Origin: Nostoc punctiforme PCC 73102
GTDB lineage: Bacteria > Cyanobacteriota > Cyanobacteriia > Cyanobacteriales > Nostocaceae
Length of the DNA: 32,000 nt
NCBI RefSeq assembly: GCF_000020025.1
Contig: NC_010632.1
Span: forward strand, 150,001 to 182,000
Direction: 5' to 3'
Translations under genes and position numbers: made by a program
The notes under the pieces: model-generated
Told to the model about the DNA's origin: nothing
The model's database searches: none
The model's input: only the letters and a program-made list of their open reading frames with translations
Shown here: piece after piece, positions 8,588 through 16,890 of the stretch
Layout: each line of letters opens with the position of its first letter
Position numbering within the stretch: the first letter of the stretch is position 1

Positions 8588-10903
8588 TTAAAACCTTTCG
8601 CCAATACCAAAATTGATGCGGTTGTCACCGTCGCCATTGATGCCGTAGTCAATGCGAATTGGCCCCAGTGGCGATTGTACGCGCACACCAAGACCATAAC
8701 CGTAGCCAGTACCGTTTTTGTTCAGCACCTCAGCTGATCTGGTACTACTTCCCAGATCGCTGCCGATATCAAAAAATAGTGCGCCACTGACGACTGAGAA
8801 AACTGGGAAGCGATACTCGGTAGATGCTTGTATATAACTACGTCCACTACCTAATCCTCCTTCTTGATAACCCCGGACGGAGTTACTACCACCAAGGGTA
8901 AAGGCTTCGTAAGGAGGCAAGTCACCAAGGATAGTTCCACCTTGCAAGTTAAATGCTAAAGTTTGTAGGCCTTTGGTAAGACTAATAAAGTTGACAGGGA
9001 AATATTGGCTATAGTTACCTCGTAACCTGGTGAGAAAAATATTGCCTAGTCCCACTGGTACTGACTGATCGACTCCGAAGCGGAGATAAGAACCGCTAGT
9101 CGGTTGTAAGGGGTTGTTACGGCGATCGCGTTGTACCCCTAGTTGCAACAGCAGCAAATCGTCTTCACCTTGTCCAGATGCACTAAGTGGAACTCGTTCT
9201 GTGGGTACTCCATTCTTGAACACCGTTCCTTCTTTTCTGATGTTGCCATTGGCATCACGGGTGGAAACTCGTTGATACTGCAAACCTGCTGAAGCCGTCC
9301 ATTCAGAATTTTTGTAGGAATTATTGCTCAGGGGACGAGTAAAGGTGACACCGCCACCTAGACGGAGGACACGGGGGCGATCGCCATCGGTCTTCCCCTG
9401 TTCAAAGGTTTTGATATTGTTATTTTTGCCATCAAAAATCAACGAAATGGAACTGCGGCGAAAAATATTGGCTGTATAGGAAGTCCGGTAGGGATCTCCG
9501 GCAATCCAGGGGTCGGTATATCGCAGGTCAAACAACAGTTCCCGTTCTCCCACCTGTATTTCTGTCCCCAGTTTTTGGTTCCTACCGTTCAGGTTTTGCT
9601 GTTGATAGCTAACTGTTCCAAAAAGTCCGCTAGCAGAACTAATCCCTGCCCCAGCCGCAATAGAACCACTACTGCGTTCAGCTACGTTCACTACTACATC
9701 CACTTTGCTGGGGTCGGTACCAGGGTCAAGGGAGACATTTACATCTTCAAACAGTCCCAGTCCATACACGCGCTGTAGGTCTTTTTGCACGGTGTTGCGA
9801 TTGAATATTTGTCCTGGCTTCAACTCCAATTCTCGGGTAATGATGTAAGCTTGTGTCCGTCCGCGAATTGGTTGTCCCTTTTCGTCTGTTTCTTGACCAT
9901 CTTTATTGCGGAACCGGACTCTAATATTCTCTACTACCCCTTCTGCTACTTGCAAGGTAACAACTCCGTTTTCAGAGACTTGGGGCGCTCCAATTACGTT
10001 GGCTAGCACGTAACCTTTGTCTTGATATCGTTTGTTTAACTGCTTGATGCTTTCTTGCAAGTCACGCAAGTTAAGGATTTTGCCATATTGCTCCCGAAAT
10101 ACTTCATCGACAGTATTAGCTGGTAATACGGAGGCGACACCAGTGCCAGGATTGGCTTGCACTTCTACTTTGCTAAGAACAGGGTTAGGCTGTACAACAA
10201 AGCTCACCCGCACTCCCAAGGGGGTATCTTCAGGCGATGCTTGGACGTTGGAGAAGAAGCCAGTACCAAAGATGGCGTTAATATCTTCTTGCAGTTGGCT
10301 GCGAGTTGTCGTTTGTCCTGGTTGGGTACGAATTACTCTGTAAACTTGGTTTTCTAGTTCTGGTGATAGTTGCCCTGTCTGAGATTTAACCACTACTTCC
10401 GACACCAGTACGCGGGGGTCATTGGCTTCTGGGGCTGTGTTGGGTTTAATATTTCTTGGAGTTGTGGGAGATACAGGTGTCGCCGCAGGTAGCTTGACAT
10501 TTTCCCCACCAGGAGTGGTGCTAGGAGACGGGGAAGGTGTTTGTTGTTGAGTGAGGTTTGGGTTTCTTTGAAGGGTTTGTGCCATTGTGGAGGTTGGCAC
10601 TACTACCTCTGGTGAAGCCAATGATGCTGAATTGACTGTTAAGGCTTTGACTGATTGAGACTTGAGATACTCCGAATTTGGAATACCTATTGTATTAGGG
10701 TGAAATTCTAGACCTTGACTGAAGTGACTTTGAGCAGTGCCTTTTTCTGCCTGCTGATTTGTTCCTAGTGTAAAAATCTTTGTTGTCTGTTTCAGACTAT
10801 TAGCAGTTTGTGCATTTGCACTCTCGCAGCTACCCAAAGGAGCTGCAATTGCCAGCACTGCCACCAATACCGGGGATAAACGCATTTTATTTACATTCCT
10901 CAT
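8588..10903 (-). CDS. bamA: Omp85/BamA-family outer membrane protein assembly factor (cyanobacterial type with Pro-rich N-terminus and POTRA repeats)
   Basis: Signal peptide MRNVNKMRLSPVLVAVLAIAAPLGS, Pro/Thr-rich spacer, POTRA-like repeats, C-terminal beta-barrel ending ...NFGIGERF. Start placed at ATG 10903 (alternative 10885), because the 32 upstream codons translate a GCGATCGC-containing repeat. Confidence 0.9.
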   Translation of the reverse strand: MRNVNKMRLSPVLVAVLAIAAPLGSCESANAQTANSLKQTTKIFTLGTNQQAEKGTAQSHFSQGLEFHPNTIGIPNSEYLKSQSVKALTVNSASLASPEVVVPTSTMAQTLQRNPNLTQQQTPSPSPSTTPGGENVKLPAATPVSPTTPRNIKPNTAPEANDPRVLVSEVVVKSQTGQLSPELENQVYRVIRTQPGQTTTRSQLQEDINAIFGTGFFSNVQASPEDTPLGVRVSFVVQPNPVLSKVEVQANPGTGVASVLPANTVDEVFREQYGKILNLRDLQESIKQLNKRYQDKGYVLANVIGAPQVSENGVVTLQVAEGVVENIRVRFRNKDGQETDEKGQPIRGRTQAYIITRELELKPGQIFNRNTVQKDLQRVYGLGLFEDVNVSLDPGTDPSKVDVVVNVAERSSGSIAAGAGISSASGLFGTVSYQQQNLNGRNQKLGTEIQVGERELLFDLRYTDPWIAGDPYRTSYTANIFRRSSISLIFDGKNNNIKTFEQGKTDGDRPRVLRLGGGVTFTRPLSNNSYKNSEWTASAGLQYQRVSTRDANGNIRKEGTVFKNGVPTERVPLSASGQGEDDLLLLQLGVQRDRRNNPLQPTSGSYLRFGVDQSVPVGLGNIFLTRLRGNYSQYFPVNFISLTKGLQTLAFNLQGGTILGDLPPYEAFTLGGSNSVRGYQEGGLGSGRSYIQASTEYRFPVFSVVSGALFFDIGSDLGSSTRSAEVLNKNGTGYGYGLGVRVQSPLGPIRIDYGINGDGDNRINFGIGERF

Positions 10904-11100
10904 AGTTACCACACGCAGTACTCCACAGGAGCCACAGGAGTTACTTAGCGATCGCCTCCGGCGGGGCGTAGCCCATCGCAAAATCATGCTCTTATGCAAA
11001 GCAACTGACCACTAAAGCCAAAAATACTGATGAAAACTATAGCTATAGCCGGATCAGTTGAAGGATTCATGTGTAAATTTATCTGAAATATCGGTTTCTG

Positions 11101-11136
11101 ATTATAAGCAGCAAAGGTCAAGAACTCGGAAAGATT
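11101..11136 (-). promoter_or_regulatory. Motif promoter a-left: AATCTTTCCGAGTTCTTGAC-N10-TATAAT
   Basis: Read on the minus strand. 20-nt motif at 11136-11117, -10 hexamer at 11106-11101. Points toward the small ORF 10984-11070 and bamA. Confidence 0.5.
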
Positions 11137-11211
11137 CATCTCAATAACTTGATATTTTCATGACCTTGTTAGTTACTGAGGCGAACGCGGCATATTTTTA
11201 AAATTGAAGCA

Positions 11212-11247
11212 AATCTTTCCGAGTTCTTGACTTTTATTCTCCATAAT
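11212..11247 (+). promoter_or_regulatory. Motif promoter a-right: AATCTTTCCGAGTTCTTGAC-N10-CATAAT
   Basis: Perfect 20-nt inverted copy of a-left, 75 nt away. -10-like hexamer at 11242-11247. Confidence 0.45.
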
Positions 11248-11606
11248 TCAATCCGAGAACCTTAGTCATACAGGTTGTTTAACTCTAATTAAAGGATTGA
11301 ATGCAATGAAAAATTATACAAAAATGATCCTAGCTGCTGTTACTATAGTTTTATATTAAAGTGCAGTTTTTAATATTACAAATAAAGGCAGAAGGCAGAG
11401 GGTAGAGGAAAAGAAGAATTAATAAAAACTTTAGTTTTGGGTCTAAAACCCAGTTTAAAAAAGGAATTGTATCGAGACGCGTAGCGTGAGATACAAAGAG
11501 TCATTATAGCTGCTTTCGTACTTCTGCCTTCTGAACTAAAATTTTAGTGTTTGACATTTGCAATCTTTGTAAAGTACAGCCAGAATTACAAATAATACTT
11601 TATTAG

Positions 11607-12473
11607 ATGATAAATCTTGCGGAAACTGCGTATCTAGTGGCAATGTATCGCGCATTGGAAAGCGAACGTGCAGATGCACTATTTAAAGACCCATTAGCGC
11701 GTGTGTTAGCTGGTGGAAAAGGTGAAATGTTTGTTGAAGTTATAGGGGAGAAAGACAAAATTACAAATGCGATCGCCATCCGCACCTATGTTATTGATAA
11801 CTTAATTTTACAGTTAGTTAAGTCAAAAAAGATTGACACTGTAATCAATCTGGCTGCGGGGTTAGATACTCGACCCTATCGATTACCTCTTTCTCTTTGT
11901 GCATCGCTTCGTTGGATTGAAGTTGACCTGCCGGAAATCATTGCTTACAAAGAACAATTACTTAAAGACCAGCAACCTTTGTGTTGGCTTGAGCGTGTCA
12001 AACTCGATATTACCAACCTGGCATTGAGAAAGACTTTTTTCTCAGAGATTAATCTTGTAGCAAGACAGGCTCTAGTGATCACAGAAGGGTTGCTATCATA
12101 TCTACACGAAACCCAAGTAGCATTACTTGCAACCGATATTTATGAGCAATCTCATCTGAATTGGTGGCTATTTGAATTGGAATCATCATTAGCGTTAAAG
12201 CACTATGATCAAGTTTACGCTCGAAAAATTTTCGACCAATATTTTGCGGATGGGAATAAAACCTTGTTATTTGCTCCAGAGCAAGGGGCAGAATTTTTTC
12301 AACACTATAATTGGAAAGTTGCAAAATCTGTATCTGCATGGAAAGAGTTACACCGACTAAACCGAGGGATCAAATTTGCCTGGTTACTAGAAATAATTAT
12401 GAAATTGGTTGCTAATGAATATTGGGAAAAAAATCAGCGGCAGGGTAGTATTGTATTGCTTGAGAAAAGTTGA
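11607..12473 (+). CDS. Class I SAM-dependent methyltransferase (leucine carboxyl / TIGR00027-like O-methyltransferase family)
   Basis: N-terminal AETAYLVAMYRALES...DPLA and the SAM-binding block VINLAAGLDTRPYRL typical of this family. 288 aa. Confidence 0.8.
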   Translation: MINLAETAYLVAMYRALESERADALFKDPLARVLAGGKGEMFVEVIGEKDKITNAIAIRTYVIDNLILQLVKSKKIDTVINLAAGLDTRPYRLPLSLCASLRWIEVDLPEIIAYKEQLLKDQQPLCWLERVKLDITNLALRKTFFSEINLVARQALVITEGLLSYLHETQVALLATDIYEQSHLNWWLFELESSLALKHYDQVYARKIFDQYFADGNKTLLFAPEQGAEFFQHYNWKVAKSVSAWKELHRLNRGIKFAWLLEIIMKLVANEYWEKNQRQGSIVLLEKS

Positions 12474-12530
12474 TATTTAAGATGATTATAAGGGCAGGTT
12501 AAAACTGTAATCGTTCGCCTATGAATAAAG

Positions 12531-12563
12531 GAGGTTGTTGAAACTAGAACATTCAACAACCTC
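12531..12563. terminator. Bidirectional hairpin between convergent genes
   Basis: Perfect 12-bp stem GAGGTTGTTGAA / TTCAACAACCTC with a 9-nt loop, followed by ATATTT. Lies between the stops at 12473 (+) and 12615 (-). Confidence 0.5.
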
Positions 12564-12614
12564 ATATTTAGTTATTTACAGCTACACATCAATTAAAACT
12601 AGTTAAAAATTACT

Positions 12615-13163
12615 CTACTTGTTATTTTCATTTGTTTCTTGTTCGTTATTACTCTGCGGAACTTGAATGCTACTCTTGGGACGAGAAGCTTCATTTTCGT
12701 TGTTTTCCTGGTTAGCATTCTCAGTGTAGAGAACCTTACCATTACCAGCGTCAATTTTTACCTCTTTCTGACTAATTTCTACAGCATAAACTAAGTTTCC
12801 ATCTTCATTTTCGAGTTTTACACTACTAGCTTTAGTACCGACAGAAGTTTCAGCAGCTTGTTGAGCTTGTTCTGCTGTGATTTTAGCTAAAGCTTGTAGT
12901 TTTTTGTCCTCTTGCTGTTCTTGTTGATCATCATTGGTTTCACCGTCACCGTCACTTGCTTGAGCTATTTTAGTGTGATGAACACCATTATTCATTACTT
13001 CAGGAGCTTCTATCGCGTCATTAGCTTCGCCATCTCCGTCACTAAATTTAGCTACTTGTATACTGTTTTGAGAAGGAGAGGCACTCACGGTTTTTACCAC
13101 TGCACTAACACCTAAAACACTCATTAAAGCAGCTGCTAAAGCGATTTTTGTCGAAGTTTTCAT
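12615..13163 (-). CDS. Secreted PepSY-domain protein
   Basis: Signal peptide MKTSTKIALAAALMSVLGVSAVV. Two SDGDGE(A/T)ND acidic repeats. C-terminal PepSY-like block ITAEQAQQAAETSVGTKASSVKLENEDGNLVYAVEI...IDAGNGKVLY. ATG 13163 has AGGA 9 nt upstream and is preferred over ATG 13232. Confidence 0.75.
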   Translation of the reverse strand: MKTSTKIALAAALMSVLGVSAVVKTVSASPSQNSIQVAKFSDGDGEANDAIEAPEVMNNGVHHTKIAQASDGDGETNDDQQEQQEDKKLQALAKITAEQAQQAAETSVGTKASSVKLENEDGNLVYAVEISQKEVKIDAGNGKVLYTENANQENNENEASRPKSSIQVPQSNNEQETNENNK

Positions 13164-13258
13164 GTGTGTAAATCCTGGAGATTTGTGTTTTTTGAGCAAT
13201 CTAAAATAGTTATCATTATTTGTGTAGTTCACACCTATTTTTGATTTGCTACAGTTTT

Positions 13259-13294
13259 ACTTTAAATATAAAAAGTCAAGAACTTGGAAAGATT
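13259..13294 (-). promoter_or_regulatory. Motif promoter b-left: AATCTTTCCAAGTTCTTGAC-N10-TAAAGT
   Basis: Read on the minus strand. Motif at 13294-13275, -10 at 13264-13259. Lies upstream of the PepSY gene. Confidence 0.5.
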
Positions 13295-13375
13295 GATTGA
13301 GACTATTAAAAATTATTTTGGTAACAGTATGCAAGTTGTAACAAAAGGATTGAAAAAGTTTTCTCTACTCAGTCA

Positions 13376-13411
13376 AAACTTTCCAAGTTCTTAACAAATG
13401 CAATCTACAGT
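13376..13411 (+). promoter_or_regulatory. Motif promoter b-right: AAACTTTCCAAGTTCTTAAC-N10-TACAGT
   Basis: Motif at 13376-13395, -10 at 13406-13411. About 35 nt upstream of ATG 13447. Confidence 0.5.
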
Positions 13412-13446
13412 AAAACTACAAATACAGATTGAGACATATAGGATTT

Positions 13447-13695
13447 ATGAATAACTCAACAAAAATCATTATTATCGGCTCTTTGCTTAGTACTTTGGGT
13501 ATCGCTGGTTTGGCAAAAGCTATCTCTACAAATCAACCCCAGTTACCTGTTGCAATCATGCCGCAGCATCACAGTAGCACTCAAATGATTATTAGTAAGG
13601 ATAAAGATGTGAAAATCGATGAAAACAGAGAACAGCCAGACGCAGCTTACGATGCTGATAGTGAGGTAAATCATGATAAAGTACCAACTTCTCTA
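13447..13695 (+). pseudogene. Secreted hypothetical protein, 5' fragment (gene split by IS630-family element)
   Basis: Signal peptide MNNSTKIIIIGSLLSTLGIAGLAKA. The reading frame runs into the IS end at 13696. The tail of the listed ORF (VVCQANFAML...) is IS sequence. Confidence 0.7.
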
Positions 13696-13717
13696 GTAGT
13701 CTGCCAAGCTAACTTTG

Positions 13718-14884
13718 CTATGTTAAATTTGGATATAAACGCTCCATTTTTCGGCGAGCATCTTTGGTTTGAAAACCCCAATAAACACTAGCTTTTTGCT
13801 GATTACGTTTTTTCTCCCAAGCGGCAATCTCAGAAGTTAATGTTTCTGCATTAGGAATACGCCGTTCTAAACATTGGCGAGATAAAACAGATAATTCGAT
13901 TTCTACCTGATTCAGCCCTTCGGGTTCGCCAGTTGCTTCAAGTCGGGGAACCCGCCCAACGCACTGGCTCACCAAGAAGCGTGTTTAGGAGTATAGTGAA
14001 ACTCTAACTTTTGAATAATTCGACGTGCTTCTTCTGGTGGAAAAACTTCATATAATGCATTGGGTGTATGAATATTCAAGTTATCAACTACTAAACGAAT
14101 AACATCGGCATCTCGGTAGGAAACATCTACTAAATTTTTCATTTGTTTAGCAAAATCGGCTTTAGTTCGACGTTCTGTAACTTCGATATGCCGCCATCCA
14201 GCCAAGGGTTGAAAACATGCGAATAAATTTACTGTCCCGTTACGTTTATACTCAAAATCATAACGTTCAGGTTGCTCTGGCTGTGGTGGCAAAGGAAGTC
14301 TTACTTCTTCTACTAATTGGTATGGACGTTCATCAAAGCAGACTACAGGGCGTTTAGGATCATAAGGCTCATTGTATAAATCCAGCACATCTTCCATTCG
14401 AAAACATATTCTGCGTTAACTTCAGGAATACACCATTGTTCTTTCAACCAAGGCTTAATTTCATTTTTTTTAAAGTTTGACGTACTGTTTCATCTGAGAT
14501 TGAATCTATGATACCAACGTTCACTAAATGATCTGCTAATAATTGCATTGTCCAACGCACTCTTCCTTCTGGCGGATTAGAACAAGCTGTTGCAATCAAA
14601 AATGCTTCTTGCTTTTCATCTAATTTTTTATGTTTTGGTGGATGAACTTCATCCTTTAAAGCAAAATCTAACCCTCCAATGACAAATTTTTCTCGTATTC
14701 GTTGCACTGTTGCAACATGCGCTCTAACTATGCTAGCGATCGCTTGATCCGTTTCTCCTTCGGAAGCCATCAAAAGAATGTTTGCACGGCTTATGGTTCT
14801 TGCCTTATGCTTACCTTTCTTAATTATCGATTGCAGTTGGGAAACTTCATCTTCATTCAAGTCAACAATGTACTTTTTTGCCAT
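13718..14884 (-). pseudogene. IS630-family transposase: orfA/orfB joined at an A8 slippery run, C-terminal part displaced by a 56-nt insertion
   Basis: Three ORFs (14444-14884, 13969-14397, 13718-13975). The junction ...TLKK/NEIKPWLKEQWCIP lies at the A8 run (14464-14471). DDE blocks [24 protein letters not shown]. ...[10 protein letters not shown] and LNQVEIELS are separated by 56 extra nt (not a multiple of 3). Confidence 0.8.
13916..13971. repeat. 56-nt hairpin-forming mini-insertion inside the transposase gene
   Basis: CCCTTCGGGTTCGCCAGTTGCTTCAAGTCGGGGAACCCGCCCAACGCACTGGCTCA. Contains GGGTTCGCC ... GGGGAACCC arms. Removing it restores ...HASW|LNQVEIE... Confidence 0.6.
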
Positions 14885-14955
14885 GTTACACCCCGTTTTT
14901 GGCTATTTTACCAATTAGAGGTTTTACTTAGCAAAGTTACCTTGGTACACTACTA

Positions 14956-15507
14956 GGCCAAGTGGGTGAATATGGTGAAAGCGTCTATGATATGGCTAAA
15001 GCCAATGATTGGACAAAAGCCACAGCTAATCTCACGTCGCTTCAAAATGCAGCAAAAAGTCTACGTACCGAAATCAAGGGTAAAAATAAAACAGAATTAG
15101 TACAGTTGGATGCCAAAATAGCAGCACTCAAGGGTGCTGTCACAGATAAAAATCGCATATCTGCAATGCGCGATGCTAACCAAGTGACGTTAATCTCTGC
15201 CAATATTACCAAGGAATTTGAACCAAAAGTACCAGTTGAGGTAACGCTACTTGACTACTATGGACGCGATCTGGAAATTTGGTCGATAACAGGAAATACA
15301 AGCCAACTGAAAACAACTGCGTCGGAGATGCGCCGCACCTGGAATGCAGTCAGACCATCTATCTTAGCGCGTGGAGGAACTACACAAGTACAGAAATTTG
15401 ATGGACTTGTTGCTAGTGTTGAGGCGGCAAAATTATCTAGAGATTACGCTCATCTTGCTACCCCTGTGCTAGATGAAGTGGATAATCTAGAAAAGGTCTT
15501 TAAATAA
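14956..15507 (+). pseudogene. Secreted hypothetical protein, 3' fragment
   Basis: Deleting 13696-14955 (1260 nt, a multiple of 3) fuses ...DKVPTSL to GQVGEYGESVYDMAKANDW... in frame. The helical protein has no family I recognise. Confidence 0.7.
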
Positions 15508-15515
15508 TCAATACC

Positions 15516-15551
15516 TTTGCCAAAATAAGAGCCTATAAAAATTTTGGCAAA
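15516..15551. terminator. Hairpin just after the stop at 15507
   Basis: 11-bp arms TTTGCCAAAAT / ATTTTGGCAAA with a 14-nt loop. No clear U-tract on the plus strand. Confidence 0.3.
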
Positions 15552-15901
15552 AACGGCAAAATGACTCATATATAAGCGTTTAGCTTACAAGATAGATTGG
15601 AGGCTCAAACCCTTTGTACTACGGGCAATACGTTAAAAAATGCTTGCGGGAAACCTTGAAGGAATTTTTAGAGCTTATTGTTTTTGCCAGACCTTTGAGA
15701 ACAGGACGTTAATACATCAATTCAGCCTCGTAAATTGGCGAAGGTATTGAATAATAATACTCTTTTCTGGGTGTTGTTTGTCTAAGTCCCACTAATGATA
15801 TTTCACTGCTTTACAGAGCTAATGTTATAACTTTTGATTGAGTCTGGAACAGCATAGTATTTTTACCGTGTAAAGTTTTTAGTTACATCACACATCCTAT
15901 A

Positions 15902-15937
15902 AAACTTTCCAACTTCTTAACATTTGTTGTTTAGAGT
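15902..15937 (+). promoter_or_regulatory. Motif promoter c: AAACTTTCCAACTTCTTAAC-N10-TAGAGT
   Basis: Single copy. -10 at 15932-15937. About 70 nt upstream of ATG 16007. Confidence 0.5.
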
Positions 15938-16006
15938 CAAACAAGACCAAACTACTACGATGAAAACTTCATCATTACTCTAAAAAAATCAGGCAGGACA
16001 AATATC

Positions 16007-16762
16007 ATGAAAAAAGTTTTAAACAGGGCTCCAGAGGTTACAAGTACCTTCTGGATTATTAAGGTTCTGGCAACCACGGTAGGTGAAACTGCGGCTGATT
16101 ATTTGTCAGTAACTCTGAACCTCGGTTTAAGCGTTACATCCTATATTATGAGTGGCTTGTTACTCATTGCGCTTTGGAATCAGTTTAGGCTAAAACGATA
16201 TGTCCCGGTGAGTTACTGGATTGTAGTCGTTTTTACAAGTATCACTGGCACGCTGATTACTGATAGATTGGTAGACGAGCTCGGAGTTAGTTTGATAACA
16301 ACTACTATAGTTTTTAGTGTGGTCTTGCTAGTAGTTTTTGCGCTTTGGTATTTAAAAGAAAAGACATTAGCTATGCACTCCATCAACACAGCTAAAAGAG
16401 AGCTTTTCTACTGGGTGGCTATTTTATTTACGTTTGCTTTGGGGACGGCAACGGGGGACTTACTAGCAGAGGCTTTGAAGCTAGGTTATGCCCAATCAGC
16501 ACTAATATTTAGTGTTTTAATTGCGATAGTAGCTGGTGGTTATTATTACTTTAGAATAAATGCAGTCTTGGCATTTTGGATAGCATATATCTTGACTCGT
16601 CCGCTTGGCGCATCTGTAGGTGATTTACTATCTCAACCTGCTAAAAATGGTGGCTTGGGTTTAGGTACGGTCGAAACTAGTATGCTTTTTCTTTCTATAA
16701 TCATAAGTCTGGTTATTTACTTAAGCCTTAAGCAGAAGCAACCAGCGCCTACTGCCGATTGA
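16007..16762 (+). CDS. Polytopic membrane protein with four internal repeats (DUF347/COG4705-like)
   Basis: 251 aa. Repeated TM-pair units each carry a G-x-T/S-x-x-D signature (TVGETAADYL, ITGTLITDRL, GTATGDLLAE, LGASVGDLLS). AGGA lies 8 nt upstream of the ATG. Confidence 0.6.
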   Translation: MKKVLNRAPEVTSTFWIIKVLATTVGETAADYLSVTLNLGLSVTSYIMSGLLLIALWNQFRLKRYVPVSYWIVVVFTSITGTLITDRLVDELGVSLITTTIVFSVVLLVVFALWYLKEKTLAMHSINTAKRELFYWVAILFTFALGTATGDLLAEALKLGYAQSALIFSVLIAIVAGGYYYFRINAVLAFWIAYILTRPLGASVGDLLSQPAKNGGLGLGTVETSMLFLSIIISLVIYLSLKQKQPAPTAD

Positions 16763-16778
16763 CCGAAAAGATTGATTA

Positions 16779-16874
16779 ATGATAGCGACGATTTGCCATG
16801 TTACTCAACAGTGGGATGCTGATTTGATTATTTTAGGTCAGTGTAACCACTGTGCGATCGCAAAAAATAACTGA
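16779..16874 (+). pseudogene. Possible relic of a universal-stress-protein C-terminus
   Basis: The 31-codon ORF MIATICHVTQQWDADLIILGQCNHCAIAKNN resembles the ...A.....ADLIVLG... segment of USP-family proteins. There is no N-terminal part. Confidence 0.25.
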
Positions 16875-16890
16875 TTTTTTGATTCAAAAT

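Larger units (their letters stand above)
13696..14953 (-). mobile_element. Second, unrelated IS630-family element (1258 bp) with TA duplication
   Basis: Inverted repeats GTAGTCTGCCAAGCTAACTTTGCTATGTTAAA (13696-) versus the reverse complement of the right end, GTAGTGTACCAAGGTAACTTTGCTAAGTAAAA. TA at 13694-13695 and 14954-14955. Confidence 0.85.

Noticed and set aside
9575-10357. Plus-strand ORFs 9575-9778, 9785-10006, 10032-10343 and 10157-10357
   Set aside because: They are antisense shadows within the Omp85/BamA gene.
10904-10999. 32-codon N-terminal extension of the Omp85 ORF (MHKSMILRWATPRRRRSLSNSCGSCGVLRVVT)
   Set aside because: It translates a GCGATCGCCTCCGGCGGGGCGTAGCCCATCGC-type intergenic repeat. 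A proper signal peptide begins at the internal Met (10903).
13164-13232. Upstream ATG 13232 as the start of the PepSY gene
   Set aside because: It adds 23 non-signal residues before a canonical signal peptide. ATG 13163 has a well-spaced AGGA.
11117-13395. Inverted 20-nt pairs at 11117/11212 and 13275/13376 read as terminal repeats of two MITEs
   Set aside because: The 75- and 81-nt spacers share no similarity and there is no target duplication. Solo copies exist at 15902 and 16891. Every copy keeps a fixed N10 spacing to an outward -10 hexamer. A divergent-promoter reading fits better, though only a genome-wide search can exclude a MITE origin.
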